Shown one piece after another: positions 53,668 to 62,978 of a stretch of 64,000 nucleotides of DNA. Made by a program: the position numbers and the translations under genes. The stretch lies in the NCBI GenBank assembly GCA_028280845.1, contig JANQKZ010000014.1, positions 60,672 through 124,671 on the forward strand, read 5' to 3'. Numbering within the stretch: the stretch's first letter is position 1; every line of letters starts with the position of its first letter. The notes beneath the pieces are model-generated. The model searched no databases. It had not been told where the DNA came from and saw only the letters and a list, made by a program, of their open reading frames with translations. Source of the stretch: Opitutales bacterium. Lineage in GTDB: Bacteria; Verrucomicrobiota; Verrucomicrobiia; Opitutales; JABSRG01.

Positions 53668-54711
53668 CTAATCAAAGTTGAGAATGAGGGAGGCGTAGTA
53701 GCGCATATCCCAACTTTCAAACCCGACGGCGGGCTCGCTGTTGTATTTATTTGAGATTCCCAGACCCAGGGACCACCACTTGCTCGGCAGGGGAATTTCG
53801 AAGTCGGTTACATGATTAATGAGGAAGTTACCGAAATCGGAGGTGGCCGGATTGAAATTCAACTCTGTAGCGACGGACCAATAATCATTGTGGGTATATT
53901 TGTGGCTGAGGCCGAAATCCAGAGTCAGGTCATCCTCTGAGATGCTGTCGAGAAAGGTTTGATGGCGGTAAGCGGTACCTACCCGACCCGTCAGGTTATG
54001 GTTGTCCTGATTGATGAAGCGATAGGTTGCCCCCCCACCAGCGGTAGCCCGGAAGTCGAGGTTTTCAAACTCGTCTTTTTCACCTTCGGCCCGGACATAC
54101 CAACCCAAGTCCCCGACCACGAACGATTCATAACGCACACCGCCAACGGTCTCATCATCCGTTTTGACGCCCTCTACCTCGGCTGTGAAGTAGGATCCGT
54201 AAAAGAGCAGGGTGTCGTCGGGACCTTTTAGGGTAGCGCTTCCTCGCAGGCCAAAGCTATTTTCTTCCACATTTCCGGTCTTACCCGCAACATTGCCGGA
54301 AAGGGAGTAAGACCATTTCCGACGCAGGTTTTCTTCGGCCGCGATGAGGGGATCTTTGTCGCCGACATTCCAGGACATGACTACGCGGTCCATAGTGGTG
54401 CTCATGGTGCCGTCATCATTGATGATCTGCATTTCACCATCCGCCCTGGCTTTAACCTGGCCTGACATGGTGTTGCCACTGTCAAGGCGAACGAAGACGG
54501 GATCTTGCGTCTCGAAGGTCACCACTTCTGCAGTGTCAATTTCGAGCGTTCCGGCATAGGACGTTTCGAGTGTGATTTTTCCATTTTCAATCCCCTTGAT
54601 GGTCCCAACAAGCTGGGCTCCATCCCTGGTGGAAACCATATCGGCACCGGCGATAGTTGGAATAAGGATCCACGCCAGGACCGTTACAATTCGATGTGTG
54701 AGTATAGTCAT
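53668..54711 (-). CDS. outer-membrane beta-barrel protein (DUF481/YdiY-like) with an N-terminal soluble repeat domain
   Basis: 347 aa with a signal peptide. The C-terminal two thirds show alternating beta-strand patterning and aromatic-rich strand ends. Confidence 0.6.
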   Translation of the reverse strand: MTILTHRIVTVLAWILIPTIAGADMVSTRDGAQLVGTIKGIENGKITLETSYAGTLEIDTAEVVTFETQDPVFVRLDSGNTMSGQVKARADGEMQIINDDGTMSTTMDRVVMSWNVGDKDPLIAAEENLRRKWSYSLSGNVAGKTGNVEENSFGLRGSATLKGPDDTLLFYGSYFTAEVEGVKTDDETVGGVRYESFVVGDLGWYVRAEGEKDEFENLDFRATAGGGATYRFINQDNHNLTGRVGTAYRHQTFLDSISEDDLTLDFGLSHKYTHNDYWSVATELNFNPATSDFGNFLINHVTDFEIPLPSKWWSLGLGISNKYNSEPAVGFESWDMRYYASLILNFD

Positions 54712-54748
54712 AGGGGTTAAACGTCGTTATGAATTCGGAGTTAAGTAT

Positions 54749-54782
54749 AAAAAAGAGCCCCGGCCACTCAAGGCCGGGACTC
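54749..54782 (-). terminator. rho-independent terminator downstream of ilvB
   Basis: Stem CCCGGCC / GGCCGGG extended by GAG/CTC, then a T-run on the minus strand (A6 at 54749..54754 on the plus strand). Confidence 0.7.
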
Positions 54783-54796
54783 AAATAAAACAGGGC

Positions 54797-56587
54797 CTAC
54801 TTCCCGTTGGGTTTAATGAGGATTTCCTTGGCCGATTTACCCTGCTGGATCATGGGCAGTACGTGCTCGGTATATGGCACAATGACGTCGAGCAGGTAGG
54901 GGCCGTCGTAATCGAGCATTTCCTGGATGGCCTCGCGCAGCTCTTCCTTCTTATAGACCCGCCGAGCCTTCACTCCAAAGCCTTCGGCCACGGTAATGTA
55001 GTCGGGGTAAATGCCGTCGAGGTTTTCCGGGCTGCCGATATTGTCGGGGTCGCCGAGGATGGTCTGAGCGCGGCAGCTTTCATAGAGGAGGTCTTCCCAC
55101 TGGACCACCATACCCAGGTGCTGATTATTCAGGATCATGGTTTTGGCATGGATCTGTTCCACCTTGGCCGTCGCCAATTCTTGAACATTCATCAGAAAGG
55201 AGCCGTCACCGTCGATGTTGATCACCTGGCGGTCGGGGAATGCGACCTTGGCGCCCAGGGCGGCAGGGAGACCGAAGCCCATCGTGCCGAGTCCGAGCGA
55301 GCTGATATAGGTCCGGGGTTCGTTAAAGTTGTAGAACTGAGCCGCCCACATTTGGTGCTGGCCGACGCCAGTGGTAATGATGGCATCTCCCATGGTTTCC
55401 TCGTAGAGTACCTGAACTGCTTCCTGAGACAGAATATGTTTGGATTCGTCGTAAGCGAAGGGATGCTCCTTCTTCCAGGAATTGAGGGTGCTATACCATT
55501 CTGTGTATGGCCTTTTCCGGTAACCGGACTCCTTGATCAAGGTGTTCAGGCGTCCCAGGGCATATTTGATGTCGGTATGGATCGGAAAGTGGGCTTTCTT
55601 GTTCTTGTTGTGCTCCGAGCGATCGATGTCGAAATGGACAATGTAGGATTTCGGGGCAAACATTTCTACCTTGCCGGTGATTCGGTCATCGAAGCGAGCA
55701 CCAGCGCATATGAGCACATCGCTTTCGCACACGGCCCAGTTGCCCGCGACGGATCCATGCATTCCGAACCAGTAGAGGGATTGCGGATGATCTGCGGGAA
55801 AGGCTCCGAGGCCCATGAGGGTCGAGGCCACGGGAAGGTTGGTCAGCTGGGCAAACTCACGCAATTCTTCGTGGGCATCCCCACTGATAATTCCTCCACC
55901 GATGTAAAGGACGGGACGCTCGGCGTTGGTAATGATTTCCAGGATTTTGAGCAGGTCCTCGTCGGGTGCATGAGGTGGCTTCTGGAGACCTGGCAGATCC
56001 AGTTCGGCGGGGAACACGGGCTCCCAGATCTTTTGTTGAACATCTTTGGGGATATCGATTAGCACGGGGCCGGGACGTCCGGAGGTGGCAATGTGAAATG
56101 CTTCTTTGATGATGCGGGGAAGTTCCTCGGCCTCGAGTACCAGGTAGGAGTGTTTCACCACTGGCAAGGTCATGCCATAGACGTCTGTTTCCTGGAAGGC
56201 GGTTTTACCGATGAATTGTTGATACACCTGGCCGGTGATAGCGACGAGGGGAGTGGAGTCCATCCAGGCGTCGGCGATACAGGTGATGAGGTTGGTGGCG
56301 CCTGGGCCACTGGTGGCCATGCAAACTCCGGCCTTGCCGGTGGTTCGCGCGTATCCATGAGCCATGAAGCCGCCACCCTGCTCAAATCGTGGCAATATGG
56401 TGCGGATGTCCTTTTCGCGCTTCACCAGAGCCTGGTGCAACTCCATGGAAGCACCGCCAGGATAGGCAAATACAACGTCCACTCCCTCACGGATCAGGGC
56501 CTCGACGAGCACATCTGCACCTTTCATAGCCGGCAGCTTTTCGTCTTGGGGTGGGAAATCAACAACAGGTTTGGGTTGCGTGGACAT
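54797..56587 (-). CDS. ilvB: acetolactate synthase (acetohydroxyacid synthase) large subunit, biosynthetic type
   Basis: 596 aa. The ThDP enzyme pattern is [31 protein letters not shown], and the TPP motif [16 protein letters not shown]. Confidence 0.95.
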   Translation of the reverse strand: MSTQPKPVVDFPPQDEKLPAMKGADVLVEALIREGVDVVFAYPGGASMELHQALVKREKDIRTILPRFEQGGGFMAHGYARTTGKAGVCMATSGPGATNLITCIADAWMDSTPLVAITGQVYQQFIGKTAFQETDVYGMTLPVVKHSYLVLEAEELPRIIKEAFHIATSGRPGPVLIDIPKDVQQKIWEPVFPAELDLPGLQKPPHAPDEDLLKILEIITNAERPVLYIGGGIISGDAHEELREFAQLTNLPVASTLMGLGAFPADHPQSLYWFGMHGSVAGNWAVCESDVLICAGARFDDRITGKVEMFAPKSYIVHFDIDRSEHNKNKKAHFPIHTDIKYALGRLNTLIKESGYRKRPYTEWYSTLNSWKKEHPFAYDESKHILSQEAVQVLYEETMGDAIITTGVGQHQMWAAQFYNFNEPRTYISSLGLGTMGFGLPAALGAKVAFPDRQVINIDGDGSFLMNVQELATAKVEQIHAKTMILNNQHLGMVVQWEDLLYESCRAQTILGDPDNIGSPENLDGIYPDYITVAEGFGVKARRVYKKEELREAIQEMLDYDGPYLLDVIVPYTEHVLPMIQQGKSAKEILIKPNGK

Positions 56588-56726
56588 GGGATGGATTGGG
56601 TTTGTGTGATGAATGAAATGAAGTGAGGGTGGAGCGAAGTACAGCGAACAGGCTAATCCGGATCGGGGAGTTTCCGAGTCGGGGCAACCTGCATGCTAAG
56701 GTAGGAAGATATGCGCAAGTTGCCCC

Positions 56727-56840
56727 TTAACCGCTTACAACGACGGCTACGAGGACATCAATAATACCAACAACCACCAGGCTCACCAGGGGGAGATCTC
56801 CGGCAGTTCGAATCACAGATGGTTGTTGTAAGTGGGTCAT
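56727..56840 (-). CDS. candidate ilvB leader peptide (37 aa, Val/Ile/Leu-rich)
   Basis: Minus-strand ATG..TAA encodes MTHLQQPSVIRTAGDLPLVSLVVVGIIDVLVAVVVSG. The stop codon abuts the hairpin GGGGCAAC-N30-GTTGCCCC (56726..56681), and the ilvB ATG lies 139 nt downstream. It is below the ORF-track cutoff. Confidence 0.45.
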   Translation of the reverse strand: MTHLQQPSVIRTAGDLPLVSLVVVGIIDVLVAVVVSG

Positions 56841-56915
56841 CAGTTGACAGAGTTGCTTTTCAGAAAGCGGTCCTTACGCTACAAGGATAGCAAAGACGGT
56901 CAATCCGGAAAAACG

Positions 56916-57725
56916 ATGCCACGAATTTTTTTCATAGGAGATATTGTCGGCCGACCCGGTCGGGACATCATAACCAATCACCTCTCCGCGCTCCGGGAAG
57001 CATACCAGGTGGACTTGGCCGTGGCAAACGGGGAAAATGCCGCAGGGGGTTCCGGGATCACCGGTAGTATTGCGGCACAACTGTTGAAGGCGGGAGTTGA
57101 TGGTATCACTTTGGGCGACCATTGCTGGGATCAGAAGGAATGGGCAGCGGAGATTGATCACTATGAACAGGTGTGCCGCCCGGCCAACTTTCCCAGGGCT
57201 CAGCCCGGTCGATCGAGCCTGGTCCTGGATGGTCCTGATGGATTCCGATTGGGGATAGTCACAGTCCTTGGGCGACAGTATATGAAGGTGCATACGGAGG
57301 ATCCGTTTGCCTGTGCGGACCGGATGTTGGCCGAGCTGGAAACCCAAGGAGTAGCCCATGTGCTGGTCGAGATTCATGCAGAAGCGACGAGTGAGAAGGT
57401 GGCTATGGGTTGGCATTTGGACGGGCGTGCCATCGGCGTGATTGGCACGCATACACATATTCCGACGGCAGATCTCAAGGTTTTACCCCAGGGAAGTGCC
57501 TATCAGACAGATGTCGGGATGACCGGGCCCTACCGATCAGTTTTGGGCCGTGACGTGAATGCGGTGTTGGGGAAATTTCGTGATGGAATGCCAAGGCGTT
57601 TCCCCGTAGCCGAACAGGACGTAAAACTCTGTGGCTGTATTCTCGACTTTGATCCTGAAGCAGGGCGAGTGTTGGCTGTCGAACAAGTAATCTACCCCTT
57701 ACCAGCTGTAGTGGAAGACCCATGA
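56916..57725 (+). CDS. ymdB: YmdB-family metallophosphoesterase (2',3'-cyclic-nucleotide phosphodiesterase-like)
   Basis: The ATG at 56916 gives MPRIFFIGDIVGRPGRD...NGENAAGG. The track ORF starts at 56832. Confidence 0.85.
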   Translation: MPRIFFIGDIVGRPGRDIITNHLSALREAYQVDLAVANGENAAGGSGITGSIAAQLLKAGVDGITLGDHCWDQKEWAAEIDHYEQVCRPANFPRAQPGRSSLVLDGPDGFRLGIVTVLGRQYMKVHTEDPFACADRMLAELETQGVAHVLVEIHAEATSEKVAMGWHLDGRAIGVIGTHTHIPTADLKVLPQGSAYQTDVGMTGPYRSVLGRDVNAVLGKFRDGMPRRFPVAEQDVKLCGCILDFDPEAGRVLAVEQVIYPLPAVVEDP

Positions 57726-58126
57726 TCCGAGGAATGCTAGTTATCCTGGTGGCCAGCACGGGCCTGGCAGGCTTGACCTATATCCTGGTCCCTCCCAAAA
57801 ACTACGAGGCGGATCCGATCTACCGGACCTATTCCGATGTGAGCTCAATCGAGGGGGAAATCCTGTGGGTTGACGCCCGGGAGGAGGAGGCTTTTGTGGA
57901 GCAACATTGGCCGGGTGCGATCCTGCTGAATGAGGATGGGTTTGAGGACCAGATCCCCGCCTTCCTGGAAATATGGAATCCGGATATGACTGTCCTGGTC
58001 TACTGTGAGCTGGAAGGTTGTCATCGATCCCTCGCGGTGGCGAATCTGCTCAGAGAAGATTTTCAGATTGCTAACGTTTTCGTGCTGCGGGGTGGGTGGA
58101 CCGAACTCCGCCCTTTGATGCCATAG
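57722..58126 (+). CDS. membrane-anchored rhodanese-like domain protein
   Basis: 134 aa. N-terminal TM, then a rhodanese fold with the active-site loop YCELEGCHRS. 4-nt overlap with ymdB. Confidence 0.75.
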   Translation: MIRGMLVILVASTGLAGLTYILVPPKNYEADPIYRTYSDVSSIEGEILWVDAREEEAFVEQHWPGAILLNEDGFEDQIPAFLEIWNPDMTVLVYCELEGCHRSLAVANLLREDFQIANVFVLRGGWTELRPLMP

Positions 58127-58139
58127 CCTGCCCGTGCGG

Positions 58140-60191
58140 CTAATACTCGATAGCGATGGCCGTATGCCCGGTCATCTCGGGAATAACCATGCTCACTTTG
58201 CCTGAGTCCGCTTTCAGGTCGAGTGGGATTCCGGATGGAACGAGGTAGGCCCGTTTGATATCTAGGGGAAGATTGAGACTGACCGGAATGTTATGCAGGG
58301 GGATAAGGTCCTCGATCACCTGGACTTCGCCGCGTTGGATGGGGGTGGCATAGAGCAGATGCAACACATAGCGCCGGTCATCTGGTTGGTGTAACAAGTT
58401 GATCCGTCCCATGCTGGGAAGCTCCACTTCTACTAATGGATCGGTCCGAAGCAGAGCGAGGCCGTTGAAGAAGAGCTCCCGATGCAGGCGCATTCCCTGG
58501 GCCCGGTATTGAAGATCAAGATCGTGGGCAAGGAGGATCACGTTGTCCTTCCGGATCGCCGCAGGATGGGTGGCCGCTTCCAGGCGGTAGGGGGTGTTGG
58601 CGTGCGAGGAAAAATGGCGTAGAGTTCGGGAGAAAAAGGGTTCATGAATCCGGGCGAGCACTTCGGTATCCGGATGGGGGTTCAAACGGAGGGCCGCTCG
58701 ATAGTTCAGGAAGGGGGAGTCTACGATCCGTGCTCCCACCGCCGGAAGGGCCACGGTGTAATCAATATCGTAGTTTCCACGCCCCAGTAAGTCCGCGCCA
58801 ACATTTACAATGGGGTTCCCGTTATGCAGGAAGCCCTCGCCGAGAAAGAGGAGTTTGCCTCCATTGGCATGGTACTGGCGAACCTTAGCCAGGTCGGCTT
58901 CGAATAACCCACCACTGGTGATGATAATAACATCAAACTCCGACCAGTCCTCCCGGGTATTGACAACATTAAAGTTTACCTGTGTTTCGAGCAGCATCCG
59001 GGTGGTTCCCTCAAGGGCGGACAGATCGCCTCCGAGGTATAGACCGGTGCTGGCAGCATGGTCCGCCCCGATGCCGTAGCGTTCAATTTGCTCCACATAT
59101 TCGAAGGCGTGGCCGATGCTCTCATAGGTTGCCATTTCCATGATACCGGAAGGGTGGAGTTGATCGCCAATATTTACATTGGCCCCAAAGGCCACCATGG
59201 TAGCTGCCTCATACCACAGGGCATCCTTGTGTTTAAATCCGCCAAACTCGCCCCAGGCCTTGTGGAACTTTCCGCTCATAGCGATGATGTCCTTGTCCAG
59301 ATTGGCAAAATATTTGGAACGCCACGGGAAGAGATCGTAGCCTCCCCAGGCAGTGGGTAAGTCTTCTAAGTCATATTTGGAATTAAACCGGTAAAATTCG
59401 TATTGATACTGGTTCAGTTGCTCACTGTTAAAGTTGGCGGTGGTGCCGTTGAAGAAAACGGAGGCTTCGGGGTTTATCCGACTGACCAGTTCCGCGGTAG
59501 AGTGGAGAAAGGCTTCATACTTTTCGCGATGTCGCTGAAAGACCGCGTGATCGTCGGTAGGGTCGACTCCGTGGGCTTCAAAATCATTCAATGCCCAGTC
59601 ATTGTAGTTGATCCGAAATGGGGTGATGATATCGAACCAGAGGCCATCCACCTCGTAGTTCTCCAGGATTTCTTTTACCTGCTGGTGAATCTGGTCTACG
59701 TAAGGACCCTCAGGGGGGAGATAGTACCATGCATATTGGGGCAGGGGGTCATCGAGGCCGCGCCCCTTGATACGTTCCTCGTGGGGGGAGCGTCCATCCT
59801 TGTTGATCAACCGCCACTCCGGGTGGAGTTCGGCATCGCGGACGGACCATCCGACGGTGAAGTACAATTTCACCTTCACCCCGATTTCCCGGCAGGCATC
59901 GATCTGGGCTCCCATCAAGTCAAAGTCCAGGTGAGGATGCATGGCTCCCACCTCGGTGGGGTAGTAGCTCCACCCGTGATGCCCTTTGGCAAACAGGTTA
60001 ATGGCATTCACATTCCCAGCGAGCAAAGCCTGCTGGAATTGTTCCTTGTCAAAATGGGCCCCAATATCCGTGATCTCCTCGGAGGTGTGGAAATCGAGGT
60101 GAATCTGGCGAGTGCCTTCCTGATTGGGGGAGTGTTGGTCAGCAAGGATTAAGGAGGAGGTCAGCAGCAGGGGTATGAGGAATGGTTTCAT
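58140..60191 (-). CDS. secreted putative glycoside hydrolase (GHL6-type TIM barrel plus GATase1-like / beta-galactosidase-trimerisation-like domain)
   Basis: 683 aa with a signal peptide. HLDFHTSE...NLFAKGHHGWSYYPT is typical of the hypothetical glycosyl hydrolase 6 family. The family call is made from memory. Confidence 0.5.
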   Translation of the reverse strand: MKPFLIPLLLTSSLILADQHSPNQEGTRQIHLDFHTSEEITDIGAHFDKEQFQQALLAGNVNAINLFAKGHHGWSYYPTEVGAMHPHLDFDLMGAQIDACREIGVKVKLYFTVGWSVRDAELHPEWRLINKDGRSPHEERIKGRGLDDPLPQYAWYYLPPEGPYVDQIHQQVKEILENYEVDGLWFDIITPFRINYNDWALNDFEAHGVDPTDDHAVFQRHREKYEAFLHSTAELVSRINPEASVFFNGTTANFNSEQLNQYQYEFYRFNSKYDLEDLPTAWGGYDLFPWRSKYFANLDKDIIAMSGKFHKAWGEFGGFKHKDALWYEAATMVAFGANVNIGDQLHPSGIMEMATYESIGHAFEYVEQIERYGIGADHAASTGLYLGGDLSALEGTTRMLLETQVNFNVVNTREDWSEFDVIIITSGGLFEADLAKVRQYHANGGKLLFLGEGFLHNGNPIVNVGADLLGRGNYDIDYTVALPAVGARIVDSPFLNYRAALRLNPHPDTEVLARIHEPFFSRTLRHFSSHANTPYRLEAATHPAAIRKDNVILLAHDLDLQYRAQGMRLHRELFFNGLALLRTDPLVEVELPSMGRINLLHQPDDRRYVLHLLYATPIQRGEVQVIEDLIPLHNIPVSLNLPLDIKRAYLVPSGIPLDLKADSGKVSMVIPEMTGHTAIAIEY

Positions 60192-60224
60192 AAAGATTGG
60201 GTATACAGGGGTGTCTTACAACAG

Positions 60225-60746
60225 GTGGATGGGAGAGGGAATCTAATTCAGAGAATTTGCTTCGGGCTTGCACCCGCAGTTGAATCATATGCTCATGGTA
60301 AGGTGAAGGCTTCACCGGTGAGCATCCTTACAATCAGTGCCCGCATCATTATCGCCCTGGTGTTCTTATTGTCTGGGGTTTTAAAGCTAGTCGACCTGCA
60401 TGGGTTTCTTGGATCTGTCAAACATTACGAGCTCTTTGGGGATGGTCTGCTTGCGCTGAGCATTAGCTATACGATTCCATGGATCGAAATCCTGGCGGCT
60501 TTGAGCCTCTTCTGGAAACCTATGCAAAGGAGCGGATGGGCTATCCTGGCCGGCCTGTTGTTGGCCTTTCTTGCACTGAACCTGTTTGCCTGGGCCCAGG
60601 GCTTACCGGGAGATTGTGGCTGCTTCGGGAAATGGGATGTTCTTGGGAAATCTCATTCAGGTCAGTTTCTTCGGAACCTGGTTTTTCTCTATATCCTATG
60701 GTTGGGGAGACCATGCCCACTCTTGGGGAATGTTCGAAAAGAGTGA
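60225..60746 (+). CDS. MauE/DoxX-family redox-associated membrane protein
   Basis: Four TM segments with RIIIALVFLLSGVLKL and the GDCGCFG motif. The start is uncertain: GTG at 60225 or GTG at 60303. Confidence 0.7.
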   Translation: MDGRGNLIQRICFGLAPAVESYAHGKVKASPVSILTISARIIIALVFLLSGVLKLVDLHGFLGSVKHYELFGDGLLALSISYTIPWIEILAALSLFWKPMQRSGWAILAGLLLAFLALNLFAWAQGLPGDCGCFGKWDVLGKSHSGQFLRNLVFLYILWLGRPCPLLGNVRKE

Positions 60747-60794
60747 CCGCTTATACCGGGGAGGGGATGACGGAAGCCTGATCGATTGCGATCC

Positions 60795-61664
60795 TTACTC
60801 CTGCTTCGGGTTCCGGGTTTCCGGCTTCTTGCCAAAAGGTTTGGCGATCAAGTGATGAGGGCTGAGTTTTTCAATCTGTTGCACCAGATGAACCGGGGTG
60901 AGGGTGACCTGTTTGAGGATTTTGCCGGGGTTGATTTTAAGACCGGCGTTGATGAACAGTAGCAGAACCAGTCCAATTCCGACCCCTGCCGCGACGACTT
61001 CCCAGAAGAAGGAGGGTGGTTTATCTTCCAGTCCACTGGGTATATTCATACCCAACATAGAGCCAACCAGGGTAAGGGGAACGAACAGGGCAACCAACCA
61101 GTTCAAGCGCTGTTGCTGAAGGGCCATCTGGAGGGAGAGCTCGGCCTGTTGCTCAGCCTTCTTCGCATTAAGAAATTCCAGGCCGGCCTTGGTCTCATTC
61201 ATCAGAATTTCGGCTTCCCGCTCGAGGACCTGAGCCCGATCCCGCAGGTCGATGAGATCAGCCTGGCGGGGCACCTGGTCCACCGCACTCTGGAGCGCGT
61301 TGTGGGCGTTTCGAAGAGCAATCCCAATAGGGAGGACTTTCATATAAACCGTAAAGTACTGCTCGGAAGAGTTGGCCTCATCCATGAGCCTGCCCAGCCA
61401 TTCCACTTGGTCTTCGTAGCGGTCAAACAAGGCTTCCGGTTTATTGGAATCGCCCTCGGGCGACCATTTCCACTGCTTCTTGGAATTGCGGAAATACAAG
61501 ACGGATTGGCGATCAGGCGATCCCCCATCCGGAGGATCGTGGAGGACGACAAACAGATCGTGCCCTTCCGCCAGAGCCCGTTGCTTCACCAGCTTCCCGG
61601 CCAACCGTTCGATCAGGGGTTGGGGAGCGTTCCACAATGGTGGGATTTCGAAGGAATCCGACAT
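60795..61664 (-). CDS. atypical CorA-like protein (GMN motif, two C-terminal TM helices, unrelated N-terminal domain)
   Basis: 289 aa. LVALFVPLTLVGSMLGMNIP is followed by a second TM segment. The N-terminal ~190 aa are helical/coiled-coil with no motif I recognise. Confidence 0.55.
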   Translation of the reverse strand: MSDSFEIPPLWNAPQPLIERLAGKLVKQRALAEGHDLFVVLHDPPDGGSPDRQSVLYFRNSKKQWKWSPEGDSNKPEALFDRYEDQVEWLGRLMDEANSSEQYFTVYMKVLPIGIALRNAHNALQSAVDQVPRQADLIDLRDRAQVLEREAEILMNETKAGLEFLNAKKAEQQAELSLQMALQQQRLNWLVALFVPLTLVGSMLGMNIPSGLEDKPPSFFWEVVAAGVGIGLVLLLFINAGLKINPGKILKQVTLTPVHLVQQIEKLSPHHLIAKPFGKKPETRNPKQE

Positions 61665-61788
61665 GCTGCATTTTTACTGCAGTTGCCCTCGAGGTCACGG
61701 CGAAATTTGGGATACCGGATGATCTTTTTTCCGCGATGTGACTGTCTTTGGACCCTCTAGCAGGCCATGGAGTCGTTCCTCCACACTT

Positions 61789-62865
61789 TCACCAGGCCTT
61801 TTGCCATCCGAGGGTCAGGATCCAATCGGTTTCGAGTTGGGGACCATCGAGGTCCTGGTGGATGGGGACTTCCCATTCCAGGGCTAGTCGGTGACCTTTG
61901 AAGGGGCCCTGGGTCGCCATGAGGTTCAGGCCCAGACCGAGGTCCAGGCGCTGGCCACCGCGGAGCTCCGGCTGAGCGGTCGGGACACTGCGGATTGGGG
62001 CTCCGGGCATGGGGCGGGTGGCAATACGGCTGTCTTGTCCATCTATTGCCCCCCAGTCGGTTCCAGTAAACCGGATGGAAGCGCTGAACCCATCGGTAAA
62101 CGGTTTTGCTACCCAGCCGGTGAGTTTTACCTGGTTCCCGAGCGTGTAGTCCGCATCGTTGGAGCCGAGGCGAATTTCACCGCTGAGTTGGGCACCCCAG
62201 GACCACTTGGGGGCAAACCCACGGTAGGTGATGCCGGGAAGCACATCCCAAGTGCCGGAGCCGGTTTGCATCGGGTACGGTAGCGTCCTTACCCCGGGAT
62301 TATTGGGGGGGACAGGAATGAAATCTTCCTCGTCGATCGACCCTGTAGGAATACTCAGTCCGAGATTGAGCAATACCCGGTGGGATTCGTCATCGGTCTG
62401 GAAAACCTGGTAGAGGGCAGAAACCCGTGTATCTGAAAACCCACTACTTTTGGTGGTAAACTGGGTGCCGCCAATCATAGGAATGGCATCGGAAACCAGG
62501 TGATCCATGGATAGGTCGACCCAATTGAGCATCGCCATGAGCGTTATCTTGTCTGAGGGAGCAAACATGACCCCGACCATATGCATATCCATGCGCATCT
62601 CCAGGGGAGCTACGGCGAAGCGGGAGTCCACAGCGGGCGGGGCGAGGAAATCGGCCGGCTCGACGGAGTCAGTCCCGATTCGGTTTCCTTCCATTTGCAT
62701 GGACATGAAACGGTAGGAGGCCATCCATTCTCCTTTTTGGTGAGAATGGTCGCCCATGACCCCGATGGGTGCATGGCCATCAATACGGGAATAGTGGGCA
62801 GTCAGATGTGAGGGCAAAACAGCTGAAGTAATTAGCGAAGAAATAATAAATAGATATTGATTCAT
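61789..62865 (-). CDS. outer-membrane beta-barrel transporter (MetA-pathway / 'transporter' family-like)
   Basis: The ATG at 62865 gives a signal peptide (MNQYLFIISSLITSAVLPSHLTA). HAPIGVMGDHSHQKGEWMASYRFMSMQMEG is the characteristic N-terminal block of that family, and the C-terminus is ...LTLGWQKAW. The track ORF extends to 62958. Confidence 0.6.
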   Translation of the reverse strand: MNQYLFIISSLITSAVLPSHLTAHYSRIDGHAPIGVMGDHSHQKGEWMASYRFMSMQMEGNRIGTDSVEPADFLAPPAVDSRFAVAPLEMRMDMHMVGVMFAPSDKITLMAMLNWVDLSMDHLVSDAIPMIGGTQFTTKSSGFSDTRVSALYQVFQTDDESHRVLLNLGLSIPTGSIDEEDFIPVPPNNPGVRTLPYPMQTGSGTWDVLPGITYRGFAPKWSWGAQLSGEIRLGSNDADYTLGNQVKLTGWVAKPFTDGFSASIRFTGTDWGAIDGQDSRIATRPMPGAPIRSVPTAQPELRGGQRLDLGLGLNLMATQGPFKGHRLALEWEVPIHQDLDGPQLETDWILTLGWQKAW

Positions 62866-62978
62866 TGGAGGAAAGGGTTGGGACATAGGATTACCGGGAC
62901 ATACCGGGGCACGGTTGAGGCGGCAGGTCATACGACCTGGCAGGGTTCGGGGGTTCATCCACCCCCGTCAGGCTAACT

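Noticed and set aside
54572-56062. 496-aa ORF on the plus strand
   Set aside because: It is entirely antisense to ilvB, whose ThDP-enzyme motifs are unambiguous. The antisense translation has no recognisable motif and is a typical GC-rich shadow ORF.
56681-56726. Calling the GGGGCAAC...GTTGCCCC hairpin a classical intrinsic attenuator
   Set aside because: No U-tract follows, and I could not find a competing antiterminator pairing. It is kept only as a candidate structure within the leader-peptide finding.
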